DNA of 64,000 bases from Octopus bimaculoides (Eukaryota): NCBI RefSeq assembly GCF_001194135.2, contig NC_068994.1, forward strand, positions 58,785,103 to 58,849,102. Direction: 5' to 3'. The stretch's first letter is position 1; the number at the start of each line of letters is the position of its first letter. Both the position numbers and the translations under genes were made by a program. The notes beneath the pieces are model-generated. The model searched no databases and was not told where the DNA came from. It saw only the letters and a program-made list of their open reading frames with translations. Of the stretch, positions 24,765-36,727 are shown in pieces.

Positions 24765-26449
24765 GCGCACACACTGCAGTGTGAAGAAAAAAGAGAACAC
24801 TCAGCATTGAGACTAAAGATATTTTATTTATTCGTTGAAAACCGGAAACGTCACAAATCGCGCGCGCGCGCGTATCTACGTGGTTGTTGCGTTCGTGTGT
24901 GTGTGTGTGTGTGTGTGGTATGCTTTTGCACGCACAAATATATTTATATGGGTGTGTATGTGTGTACATTGTATATCGATGTGTTACTACACACACGCAA
25001 ACATATAATTATATGAACGTGTGTGTGTGTGTATGTATGTGTGAATGCGTGTACGTATTAGAGACATACGTCAGTTTTCTTTTTCTGTGACAAGATTAAG
25101 TCTAAGTATCTTTAGTTTAGAAATTGTGGTGTAACTCCTCCCCTCCCCCCACGCACACACACACAGACACACACACACAGACACACACACACAGACACAC
25201 ACACACAGACACACACACACAGACACACACACACANNNNNNNNNNNNNNNNNNNNNNNNNNNNNNNNNNNNNNNNNNNNNNNNNNNNNNNNNNNNNNNNN
25301 NNNNNNNNNNNNNNNNNNNNNNNNNNNNNNNNNNNNNNNNNNNNNNNNNNNNNNNNNNNNNNNNNNNNNNNNNNNNNNNNNNNNNNNNNNNNNNNNNNNN
25401 NNNNNNNNNNNNNNNNNNNNNNNNNNNNNNNNNNNNNNNNNNNNNNNNNNNNNNNNNNNNNNNNNNNNNNNNNNNNNNNNNNNNNNNNNNNNNNNNNNNN
25501 NNNNNNNNNNNNNNNNNNNNNNNNNNNNNNNNNNNNNNNNNNNNNNNNNNNNNNNNNNNNNNNNNNNNNNNNNNNNNNNNNNNNNNNNNNNNNNNNNNNN
25601 NNNNNNNNNNNNNNNNNNNNNNNNNNNNNNNNNNNNNNNNNNNNNNNNNNNNNNNNNNNNNNNNNNNNNNNNNNNNNNNNNNNNNNNNNNNNNNNNNNNN
25701 NNNNNNNNNNNNNNNNNNNNNNNNNNNNNNNNNNNNNNNNNNNNNNNNNNNNNNNNNNNNNNNNNNNNNNNNNNNNNNNNNNNNNNNNNNNNNNNNNNNN
25801 NNNNNNNNNNNNNNNNNNNNNNNNNNNNNNNNNNNNNNNNNNNNNNNNNNNNNNNNNNNNNNNNNNNNNNNNNNNNNNNNNNNNNNNNNNNNNNNNNNNN
25901 NNNNNNNNNNNNNNNNNNNNNNNNNNNNNNNNNNNNNNNNNNNNNNNNNNNNNNNNNNNNNNNNNNNNNNNNNNNNNNNNNNNACACACATCCAATCTAG
26001 GCACAGAATCACACACATACACACACAACATACATAAACAGACATAGATAAGCACAAATACTCTTCGGCTCAAAAGACACACACACATACGTAATGAAAT
26101 GGTTCTCCGTCGTTTCGGGCGATGCGTATTTCAATTTTTCGATCTAGTAACTTACCTCATAGTGAGTCTAAATGTTGCACTAGCATGACTCTCTTGGAAC
26201 TATGGCGGTGAATTGACAGGTTCTATTTCAGCTCATTACATTCTGAGCTGAAAACCCACATTTAATTCGATTGCCAACGCCTGCGGTGGAAGAAAATGGT
26301 ACCAGTTATACACTGAGTGTCAGTCTTGTTGAGAAGGAAACTAATGACAAATAATTTTAATCAGTTACAGGAGACGTTTGCAACAGTGTATTTCAGACAT
26401 CGTTGAAAGGTCAGACATTTTTCTGGTGGAGAGAATTATCGATTAAATA

Positions 26450-26661
26450 CAGGGTGGCCCAAAAGTAGGTTTACAGTCATTCAACTCTCTCTTTCGCATT
26501 CATATATTAACAGTTTAGATCTTAATTATAAAAAAATATGAAACCATTATTCTATGCTAATTTAGTTAATTGTAAGATAGAAATTTAAATGTAATAAAAT
26601 GTTTTAAAAGAAATTTAAAGTGCCTCCGTGGTAACTGTAAATCTACTTTTGGGCCACCTTC
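26450..26661. mobile_element. Tc1/mariner MITE, 212 bp, TA target-site duplication
   Basis: TIRs CAGGGTGGCCCAAAAGTAGGTTTACAGT (26450-26477) and reverse complement GAAGGTGGCCCAAAAGTAGATTTACAGT (26634-26661); TA at 26448-49 and 26662-63. Confidence 0.92.
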
Positions 26662-27799
26662 TATATCTTTATAACCGATTCTTTACTTTCATCGTTCCTG
26701 GGAAAGTAAAAGGCAATGTTGACTTCAGCGGAATTCGAACTCAGAACACACACACACACACAAACATAATCAGCAGTTAGATGGTTCTACTCTTTCTTTC
26801 GACTCTATGCAAAGGGGTCATATTTTAGGAAATGACGAAGATGGTTTAGGTACATGTGACTTCATGACCCGAATGTTCGTTTTTACATTCATGGTGCAGG
26901 TAAAACGGAATATCTTCATCTGGAAACTGAAACCGCGACGCTGTCTTTCAGCGGCGAACGCTGTAATATTAAACAACATCTCGAATATTATGATTTAAAT
27001 TAAAAATTTGTTCCCATTAGATGTACATAAGTTACCGGCAATTGTTTTTCCGGAAGTTGTTAAATCGTTGCCGCCTGCGAACAATTTCACACCGGAAGTT
27101 CATTTCGGATTTAATGAAAACGTGAAAAGATTGAAAGCAGCAGCAGCAGAAGGCAATAAAAGAATATAGGAATGTTGTTTTTGGTGATAATTGTTTGGTT
27201 TTTAAGAACATTGGCAATGAATAGAAGAAGCAGATTAGCTTGAATGGAAACATTTCTTACATCATCAAGAATTTTCTGTCGCATTGGGAAAACAGCGCCA
27301 AGTTGGTAGAAGTCGTGGGTCGTTAAAGCTTGTTCATACAGATTGCTTATCCATCACATGATAGAATCGTATTAAAAGTGTTGCTGCTGTGGCTGCTACT
27401 GATGGCGATGATTATGATGATGATTTAAAACGTCTTTCGATAATAACTAACCATAAGCCAAAAATCATTTCTCCACGGGCAGTGAAATAATTAAGTACAG
27501 ACTGGAAACTGAAGAAATGATATTTAGGCACAATAAAGCAACACTAATGTTTAGAAAACCGAACGACAAAATCAAAGTGAAATTCCAAAAAGCAGTGGGA
27601 CAAAAATGGTGGGTGAAACCTTTCCATCGTTAAGATACCGCAAGATTCGGTAGACAGGAAGTAAACCAGTGTATAAGCCAAAAGTGACTCAAAAGTTCTG
27701 AATTAAACGTAGACACAGAAGGCCTTATAGCTACTGGTTGATTAATAATGATCAACTAGAAATCAGAAATAAAACCAGCGAGCGGGTTTGTTCTCATAG

Positions 27800-28112
27800 T
27801 GAAGTTGTGTAGCTTAGTGGTTCGGCTTTTAGGCTCACCATCGCAAGGTTGTGAGTTCGAAATCCCGTCGCGCGTTGTGTCCTTGAACAAGACACTTTAT
27901 TTCACGTTGCTCCAATCCACTCAGCTGGCAAAAATGAGCTGTACCTATAATTCAAAGGGCTGGCCTTGGCACCTTCTCCCTGAGATCTACGTTAAGCGTA
28001 CGCACGTCTCAGTGGTGTTCTCAGCCACTTGCACATTAACTTCATGTGCAAGCTGTTCCGTTGATCGGATTAACTGGAACACTCTTCGTCGTAGCCAACG
28101 GAGGGCCAGTTA
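27800..28112 (+). mobile_element. SINE family C, near full length
   Basis: tRNA-like head (TAGCTTAGTGGTT..GTGAGTTCGAAATCCCG), central GTGTCCTTGAACAAGACACTTTATTTCACGTTGCTCCAATCCACTCAGCTGG, and 3' part shared with 5991-6232 and 38845-38990. Confidence 0.88.
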
Positions 28113-28129
28113 TTGCTCTCATATCTGTA

Positions 28130-28500
28130 ACTGTATTACTACAGCACCGGAGACCGCATCGGAAGATTCTACCCCGTATTTAGGAAAGGCTCGACTGATT
28201 GACATGAACCAACTCTCAAATCCGCTCCAATCTTTCTATTCGCTCAAAACTGTTGTCTCTCAGGCTGAGCTCAATACCACTTGCACCCAACCATTCTTCA
28301 CCCGTTCGCGTCTCCCCTCACTACCCTTATTCTGCCCCATCTTTCAAGGTCCCTCAGTAACTGCGTCGCCCAGGTCTTCTTCCCTAGACATAATTTCCCT
28401 CGGAATCCCCTCCTTCTCCACATCTTTCCCCTCGGGATCAACTTACAATCGTTCAAAAAGTACATGATCAAGATATCAATCTTACTGGTTTGCAAAGGAA
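28130..28500 (+). mobile_element. CR1/L2-like LINE ORF2 C-terminal remnant
   Basis: Translations KARLIDMNQLSNPLQSF and SLSNCVAQVFFPRHNFPRNPLLLHIFPLGINLQSFKKYMIKI match the RT tail RA.RLI...LQ.L..RR / SFFPRT..LWN.LP..VFP...NLQ.FK. Confidence 0.6.
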
Positions 28501-29131
28501 TCGGTCCTTCCTCCTGACACAGCAAATAATGGCGTTGAGATATCGATGATACAATTTATCGCGCGCGCGCACGCACGCACGTACACACACACACACACAC
28601 ANNNNNNNNNNNNNNNNNNNNNNNNNNNNNNNNNNNNNNNNNNNNNNNNNNNNNNNNNNNNNNNNNNNNNNNNNNNNNNNNNNNNNNNNNNNNNNNNNNN
28701 NNNNNNNNNNNNNNNNNNNNNNNNNNNNNNNNNNNNNNNNNNNNNNNNNNNNNNNNNNNNNNNNNNNNNNNNNNNNNNNNNNNNNNNNNNNNNNNNNNNN
28801 NNNNNNNNNNNNNNNNNNNNNNNNNNNNNNNNNNNNNNNNNNNNNNNNNNCACACACCGCTTATATTATTCATAACATAATTGACTGAGAAATTATAGAA
28901 ATAAATCGAAGTCAACCTAACACAGACACACCGTTTATACAATTAGGTGGTTCGTGAGATAATTAACCGATAAATATTTTGAATGAAGAGCGATATACAC
29001 CAGGATTCCTTAAGTATTTAAAGAATGTACACCATTTTTGTTTAATTTTGTTACTGGTGTGTGTTTTAGTTTCAATTTTTTTAATACTACCTTTAGTTCT
29101 TTGATTATGGATATATTTTGATACACACATA

Positions 29132-29352
29132 CGAGGGGGGGGGGCTGAAAAGTTCCTGGCTTTAATGGTGTTTCGAAAGGCCTGGTTGGAGGCCCAACCT
29201 TCCGAGTTCTTTTTACAGGGTTTAGGAAACCTGAAGGGCCGATGCAATAAGTGTGTGAATCCGAGAGGGGAATATATTGAATAAAAGCGTAATTAACTGA
29301 TCTTCCTGTTTTTTTCTTTTACCCAAAGCCAAGAACTTTCCAGCACCCCTCG
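29132..29352 (+). mobile_element. Internally deleted mariner element with both TIRs
   Basis: TA-CGAGGGG..GCTGAAAAGTTCCTGGCTTT left end and AAAGCCAAGAACTTTCCAGCACCCCTCG right end; interior encodes the mariner C-terminus WLEAQPSEFFLQGLGNLKGRCNKCVNPRGEYIE*. Confidence 0.9.
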
Positions 29353-29664
29353 TGCATGGGTACACACACACACACTTAATAACGGCAGAGGCAGTTTTAA
29401 CACCAAAGGTAGTCTTGATCTTCAACTGATCCCTATCGGGAGGCTTTTAAGCTAGTAATAATAATAATAATAATAATAATGCTGGATAGACGCGTAGGCA
29501 AACGAAGTCACCGTTCAAAACTTCGATTGCTCTCAGCACTGCAGTCTCCAACAAATCTAAATAGTTATGTCACCGAACCTTGCTAAGATTTCCATTTTCC
29601 TCGACTTTCCATTATGTTTACTGGAAGTCATAACTTTCCTTTTCACCCTCGCCTTCAGAAAGGA

Positions 29665-30072
29665 CAGCCTTTTGCCTTTTGTTCCTCGCAGCAAGAAAAG
29701 TGGTGATCTTCAGTGTAAATAGGATCTGAAGTACAACAGCCCCACCACCCGGATAATTTAACATAACCGGATGTTATAGCAGCGGTCTGCCTGTATAGGT
29801 ATAGACATTCACTTTCCGTTCAAATTTTAAGCTGTTGGCGACCAGTGTAATGGACAAAACTCTTGTATTTGGCTGGAGTACAGCCAAAGACAGGAAATGT
29901 TGCAATTCATTACATAAAGAACTACACCTTGTAAGAAGCCATCATAGTTATAAGTAGCGTAGGCTGTATGAGGGTGCCGTGTTTGGGATTTTAAAACTAA
30001 AATGGTTGATTGTTTCATTGAGAAATATATTTTAGGTCAATTCTTAGGAAATTTCACTGGAAATAAATTGTT
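29665..30072 (+). repeat. About 400-bp repeat, left arm of an inverted pair (mate at 35430-35832)
   Basis: Aligns by eye over its length to the reverse complement of 35430-35832 at roughly 85-90% identity. Confidence 0.92.
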
Positions 30073-30246
30073 ACGTGTAAATGCTTGTAGTTTTCAAACG
30101 ATTTATTCTGAGAAAAAAATCAGTTTTTACAATCCTTCTGCGTTCTTTTAGATATGTAATTCAGACGCAATTGTATATCTGTATATCTTTTCTGAAGTCC
30201 ATAGCACAAGAATCTATGTAACAGACTGTATGTGTCTGTGTATATA

Positions 30247-31114
30247 CAGGGTGCGGTGAATAAACTGTTGTCTAAATTACACAAAAATGAAAACAACACT
30301 GACATCTCATTTTAAAAGATATATTTACCAGAATAATATAAACATATCTCGAAATATGAAGAGTAAATTTATCCTATAAAATCGTCATTGGCTTCAACCA
30401 TGGCCTCCAGACGACTTCGGAATCTCTTACAACTCTTCTGGACGGTTTCCGTGTTTAAGTTGGTGAATGCTGCCATAATTGTTGTCTTCAGTTCATCTTT
30501 AGTGTTACAAGGAGTTTTGTTGGTCTCTCGCTCAACTACACCCTGCACATAATAACCAAGGGGGTTGCAGTCGGGGAAGTTAGGTGGCCAGATGTTAGGA
30601 GTGATGTGGTCGCAGAAATTGTCTGACAGCCATGACTGGGTTCTCCTGCTTGTGTGGCATGGTGCAGAGTCTTGTTGCCAGACATAGGGTCTTCCAGCAG
30701 TCACCCTCTTGACCCAGGACAGCATTAACTCCTCCTGACACTTGATGTAGGCCTCCGTGTTGAGCATGAGACCGTGAATGGAGGTATGACATCACCATCA
30801 CTAGTGGTCACTCCAAACACCATAATGTTGACTGGATGTTTGATTTTTATCACTCTCGGTACATGTCCTCAGATTGCACTGTCCTCAGATTGACACCCAA
30901 ACACTCTGAAATATTCATATTAGAGCTTCCGGCGGGGATGCCAAGCAGTACAGCATGTCGTTTCCAAATTTCTGGCGAAGTGAATTGCATCATGGTGTTG
31001 TTTTTGTCACAGACGGTGCCCAACTGACCCGACTATACTGTGTAGCCGGCAAAATCAATGCACATGCGTGAAATTAAAGATATAAAATGGCGACAATTTA
31101 CCTATAGCCCCCTT
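30247..31114 (-). mobile_element. Internally deleted Tc1/mariner (DD37D/maT-like) transposon with transposase pseudogene at 30369-30993
   Basis: TA-CAGGGTGCGGTGAATAAA end at 30247 and a degenerate mate at about 31092-31114. Translation gives N-terminal HTH MMQFTSPEIWKRHAVLLGIPAGSSNMNISECLGVNLRTVQ joined to KHPVNIMVFGV...YVWQQDSAPCHTS...WPPNFPDCNPLGYYV...RLEAMVEANDDFI. Confidence 0.92.
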
Positions 31115-31129
31115 TGTGTTTGTGTGTGT

Positions 31130-31513
31130 ATTCTTTTACTTGTTTCAGTTATTTGACTGCGTCCATGCTGGAGCACCGTCTTTAGTCGAATAAATTGACC
31201 CAGGACTTATTCTTTGTAAGACTAGTACTTATTCTATCGGTCTATATTGCCGAACTGCTAGGTTACGGGGACGTAAACACAAACATTGATTGTCAAGCGA
31301 TGTGGGTGGGGGGGACAAACACACACACACACACACACACACGTGTGTATATATACGACGGGCTTCTTTCAATTTCCATTTACCAAATCTACTCACAAGG
31401 CTTTGGTCGGCCCGAGGCTATAGTAGAAGACACTTGCCTAAGGTGCCACCCAGTAGGACCGAACCCGTAACCATGTGGTTGGGAAGCAAGCTTCTTACCA
31501 CACAACCACGCCT
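31130..31513 (-). mobile_element. SINE family B, full-length copy with internal (TG)n
   Basis: Reverse complement: CAGGCGTGGTTGTGTGGTAAGAAGCTTGCTTCCCAACCACATGG head, CORE-like GCACCTTAGGCAAGTGTCTT, internal microsatellite, 3' tail GGTGCTCCAGCATGGACGCAGTC..AAACAAGTAAAAG. May correspond to published octopus OR-type SINEs (not verified). Confidence 0.92.
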
Positions 31514-31959
31514 GTTTGTATGTGTGTGTATATATATGTCTACATATGTGTGTGTGTATATACACATATGTTTATACATACATGTACATATATGCATATA
31601 TATATATGTTTATATATATACTTATATGCGTACGTATTTATTCATCTATAAACACGTACATTATACACACATATGCACATACACATGCATGTATGGAAAC
31701 GGAATCAGAGAGAGAGAGATATATATATATAAGGAGAGAGAGAGAGATAAAAGGAAAGAGAGAGAGGCTGGCAGGCAGGCAGGCAAGCAGGCAGACAGAC
31801 AGACAAACGGAGAGTGTGAGAGCGCCCTCTATGCCATACAAGTGAACGTTTACCATATGGATGGCCAGTGTTGTCCAAGTGGAGTTGTAAATCGTTACAA
31901 ACTCACGTGGCGTGGATTATGTGGATGGCCAGATATAAGGAGGTAACGGTGGTTGGCGA

Positions 31960-33039
31960 TGGGGAGACGTGGTGATTGGAGGAGGGTGTGGTGGTGGTGG
32001 TGGTGGTGGTGGGCGGCGGTGGTGGTGATTNNNNNNNNNNNNNNNNNNNNNNNNNNNNNNNNNNNNNNNNNNNNNNNNNNNNNNNNNNNNNNNNNNNNNN
32101 NNNNNNNNNNNNNNNNNNNNNNNNNNNNNNNNNNNNNNNNNNNNNNNNNNNNNNNNNNNNNNNNNNNNNNNNNNNNNNNNNNNNNNNNNNNNNNNNNNNN
32201 NNNTGATGGTGCCATTGTTGATGTTGTTTGTCTTGTTGTTGTGATTCTTGTTGCTGGCGATGTTATTGTGTGTTGTTGTTGTTGTTGTTCTTTTTCTTCT
32301 TCTTTGGCGGTTACGTCGATGATTCTGGTGGTTGTGGTTGTAATGGTGGCGGCGGTGGTGTTAATACTACTCGAAAGTGACATACCGCAATCCCATTGGT
32401 GCATCCCCCTCTCTCTCTCCTCCTCCTCTCTCCCTCCCCTTCTCTCTCTCTCACTTTGGCCTTGTTATATTTCCCTCTCTCCCTGCCAACTTTGACAACT
32501 TCACCACTCAACATGGCGGCATTTGCATTTCTATTGCTGCCTTCTTCACTTCCGACCGCCTCTATCATTGCTGCTCCTACCGACATCATCATCATCATCA
32601 CTTCACTTCACCACCACCACCACCACCAATACTAATATCGTTAAACACCAACATCAACACCCTTAGAATCATCATCCTCTCCCCACTACCACCACCACCA
32701 CCACCACCACCACCAGTATGGCAGCATTTACTTGCATTTCTATTGCTGCCTTCTTCATTTCCGTCCGCCGCCGCCGCCGCAACTGTAACCTCGCCATCTT
32801 CATCACTTCAACAACAGTGGGCTGCCACCAGCAGTGCCCCCCCCCCATCACAAATGCCACAAACACCGCTACCAGCTTCACTAGTTCTTTACTATCATCG
32901 CTGCACTTTCCCGCCACCATCCTTTATCATTACTACTGCTGCTGCTGCTGCCGCTGCCGCCAAGCCACCCCACCCCATCACCTCCACTATCATCATCATC
33001 ATCATCACAACAAGCCCTACATCTGCAATCCCATTCTCT

Positions 33040-33075
<36 letters not shown>

Positions 33076-33110
33076 ACACGAAGCTCGACTCTTTCCCGTC
33101 CGTTGACCAG
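31960..33110. repeat. Mosaic of trinucleotide repeats (GGT, TGT, CAT, CAC, GCT, GCC) with a 50-bp internal duplication
   Basis: Directly visible; explains the poly-P/A/H ORFs. GCATTTCTATTGCTGCCTTCTTCA occurs at about 32526 and about 32735. Confidence 0.9.
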
Positions 33111-33249
33111 ACTTTTACGAAACAGATCCGTTACGACGCATTCTAATGGAGCGATATCACTTTGGAGAGAAAGGTTAATGACATTGTCGTTGCTGAATAG
33201 GTTTCCACGGCAGAACGAACGAACGAAAACGAAATATGGAAACATCGCT

Positions 33250-33456
33250 AACATTGATGCCAAATTTCGGCACAAGGCCAGCAATTTCGGGGAAGTCAAT
33301 TACATCGATCCCAGTGTCCAACTGGTACTTATCATGGCCGAAAGGATGAAAGGCAAAGTCAATCTCGGTGGCATTTGAACTCAGTACGTAGAGTCGGAAA
33401 AAATGCTGCTAAGCATTTTGTCCGGCCCGGTAACGATTCTGCCAGTTCGCCACTTT
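33250..33456 (-). mobile_element. SINE family A copy (left arm of head-to-head pair)
   Basis: Reverse complement GTGGCGAACTGGCAGAATCGTT...GTTCAAATGCCACCGAG...GAAATTGCTGGCCTTGTGCC. Confidence 0.92.
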
Positions 33457-33481
33457 TAAGCTAACTTAATACTAAAATACA

Positions 33482-33706
33482 AAATGGCGGCGAGTCGGCA
33501 GAATCGTTTGCTCGCCGGATGAAACGCTTAGCGGTATTTCTTCCGTCTTTACGTTCTAAGTTCAAATGCCACCGAGGTCGATTTTGCTTTTCATCCTCTC
33601 GAGGTCGACAAAATAAGAACCAGTTAAGCACTGGAGGTCGAAGTAATCGACTTACTCCGCCACCTCCTGAAATTGCTGGCCTTGTGCCAAAATTTGAAAT
33701 CAATAT
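33482..33706 (+). mobile_element. SINE family A copy (right arm of head-to-head pair)
   Basis: GGCGGCGAGTCGGCAGAATCGTT...GTTCAAATGCCACCGAGG...GAAATTGCTGGCCTTGTGCCAAAATTTG. Confidence 0.92.
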
Positions 33707-34885
33707 TAAAATACAAAGCAACTCTCAACATTCCTATTTGCAGTAAATAAACTAAGAAAGTAACGAGGAGTAAAGAGTGAATCAATTTTAAATACAAGCA
33801 TGACGAGTTGTTTAGATGCAACACGCTATGATCCTTTACAGCCTACAAACAAAATGCAACTGCTTTCATCCTACTTTCATCCATATCTCCTTTAGAATGT
33901 TAATGGACGTTATCGCCCCGAACTAAACATTAAAGGACTGATAATGGAAATAGGGGAAAATCATTAATAAATAGAGGAAGCTTGGACATAACACGCTTAA
34001 ACATAACACGCTTGAAACAAGATTTCTTCTCTGTATATAGTACATATACATTTGCATATATGTATATTGTGTGTGTGTATCCGTGCGTGTGTGGAGAGAG
34101 AGAGAGAAAGAGTGAGAGGCAGATTGAGACAAAGAAATGTGTATGTATAGAGATTTACAAAATTACTTTGCAGACAAAATCTAGAGTATTCAATACCAGG
34201 AGTAAAGCAAACTTATTGCGTTTATTAGCTCAGGTCACTTTATGTTTAGTTACTTAGTATTTACCGCTTGGAATAATTCTCTGATGAGGGTGGATTGTAG
34301 TGTGAGCAGATGAGCTGAAATGAGTAGAACTTGTTGCAGGCTTCCGGTTGGCTCATCTAAGTTGTCAGTGGATTAACTTCCGGTAAGGCGACCATCTATA
34401 TCAAATGAATCAATCGAATTTATTATAATTATTATTATTATTATAGAAATATAACATGTTTTCATGACAATACTTAATTACTAATTCAGTTTTTCTGAAT
34501 TAACCGCTAAACAAATGTTTAGCGGTTAATTTCTTGATATTTTCATAGTTTATTCCACATGAGCTGCGTGTGTTGAAATTAGGTTTGTCTTCTATATTTA
34601 ATTTTGCAGTTCTTTTGTGTAATTCCATATAGAATGGTAGCGTTATCAGCCAACATTTACGCATCTAGATTTATTTGGTTTTCTGCATTATAAATATCGC
34701 TTTCTTCTAAAGCGATGTTAATGCTTCATTCAAGGTAGCTGCAACTGCAATTTCTAGCAGGTCGAATGACAATGTAGTGGTCATCTCATTGGCCATACAA
34801 GAAATTTGTTCTGACTGAAACAATAAACACAAACACACGAGCACACTCTATGGCACACGCACACGCACGCGCGCGCACACACATG

Positions 34886-34958
<73 letters not shown>

Positions 34959-35429
34959 ATATTTAAAAGGTTTTTGCAAAATATTCTTTATACAGTCACA
35001 ATATTTGAAAAAAGATGTTCTTAAATGAAAAATCATTAATTATATTTTTTTTTAATGTTAAAAAACAGACAGAATGACATGTATATTTTGGAAGGCGGTA
35101 CTCGCATTGAGTGTAGGCGCAGAACACGTGCGTTTGAAAAGCTACAAACAGTGAAAGTGCTCAAATACAATAGGAAAACTTCCTTAAAAAAAGGTTCATG
35201 TTATTCTGTTCTTCTTCAGATTTTTATATAAGCAGTAACTTTAAGAAAATCTTTCTTCATATATACATGTATATACAATATATATATATATATAATGTAT
35301 ATATTTATGTATGCATACGTATACATGTATATATAGATATATACTTGTGTATATGTGCGTGTATGTGTAAACGCATATACAGACACGTACATAAATATAA
35401 AAGCAATTAATAAAAATAAACGAAAAAAA

Positions 35430-35832
35430 CAGCAATTCACTTTCAGTGAAATTTCCTAAGAATTGACCTAAAATATATTTCTCAAAGAAACAATCAACCA
35501 TTTTAGTTTTAAAATCCCAAACACGGTACCCTCATACGACCAACGCTACTTATAACTAAGATGGCTTCTTACAAGGTGTGGTTCTTTATGTAATGAATTG
35601 CAACATTTCCTGTCTTTGGCTGTACTCCAGCCAAATACAAGAGTTTTGTCCGTCACACAGGTCGCCAACAGCTTAAAATTTGAACGAAAAGTGCATGATT
35701 TTTACCTTCACAGGCAAACCACTGCTAGAACATCCGCTTAAATGAAATTATCCGGGTGGTGGGGCTGTTGTACTTCAGATCCTATTTACACTGGAGATCA
35801 CCGCTTTTCTTGCTGTGGGGAACAAAAGGCTG
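35430..35832 (-). repeat. About 400-bp repeat, right arm of the inverted pair
   Basis: Reverse complement of 29665-30072. Confidence 0.92.
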
Positions 35833-36190
35833 CCACTCATAACATTATTATTATTATTATTGTTATTATTACCCGAGTTAAGGATTGTATTGTTTCGGTG
35901 AAGTTCACTGCACAATCGAACGCAGTGTCATTTGCCACGCTTTGTTTCCTGTTTTTACTTCAAATTACATTGAGGAAATTCTACGAAATATATATGCTAT
36001 GCCTAATAATTAGTGTATATATATATATGCGTGTGTGTATGTGTAATATGTGTGTGTGCGTGCATATTTGTATGTGTGTGTGTGTGTATATATACGTATG
36101 TATATATATGTGTGTGTGTATATGTACGTATGTGTATATGTATGTATGTATGTGTATATATATATATGCATGTGTGTATATGTGCATATA

Positions 36191-36223
<33 letters not shown>

Positions 36224-36441
36224 GTTAGAAAAAATAATAAGGTACTCAAATATCTGGATGGTTGTACATTACAGATTTTTATTAATGTCACATGTTTTAT
36301 AAATTAGCTCTTGCATCTATTCTAGTAGATTCTCCAGATTTGGTAAGTAGGTAGATGACTAGGTAGGTAGGTAGATAGATAGATGGGTAGGTAGATAGAT
36401 ATAGATACATATATATATATATATATATATANNNNNNNNNN

Positions 36442-36491
<50 letters not shown>

Positions 36492-36727
36492 TATGCATGT
36501 ATACATGCATGTCTGCGAATGTGTATGTTTGAGGTGCAGCCCCTTCTGGATCTGTGATAGATATATCACATTCCAACTAGGAAGATAGACCTTCACTATC
36601 AAAGGACAGGTGATCGCTTTGAAATACTGATCAATAAGAACGATAAAGATGCCTCTAAACCGCCACTCTGTGATAGAAAATGTCGGCAGTACGTTAAGAT
36701 ACAATCTGCAGCGTGAACTACCTAAAA

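Noticed and set aside
27800-27880. tRNA genes at SINE heads (also 17880-17935, 51390-51457 and family A/B heads)
   Set aside because: A/B-box-like motifs continue into SINE bodies and I could not draw a full cloverleaf.
27799-28467. 222-aa ORF
   Set aside because: Chance read-through of a SINE fused to a LINE remnant; the LINE homology switches frames.
34340-34382. Plus-strand 43-nt exon candidate (FRLAHLSCQWINF)
   Set aside because: Good splice sites but too short to assess, with no phase-compatible partner; the ETS-site reading is equally plausible.
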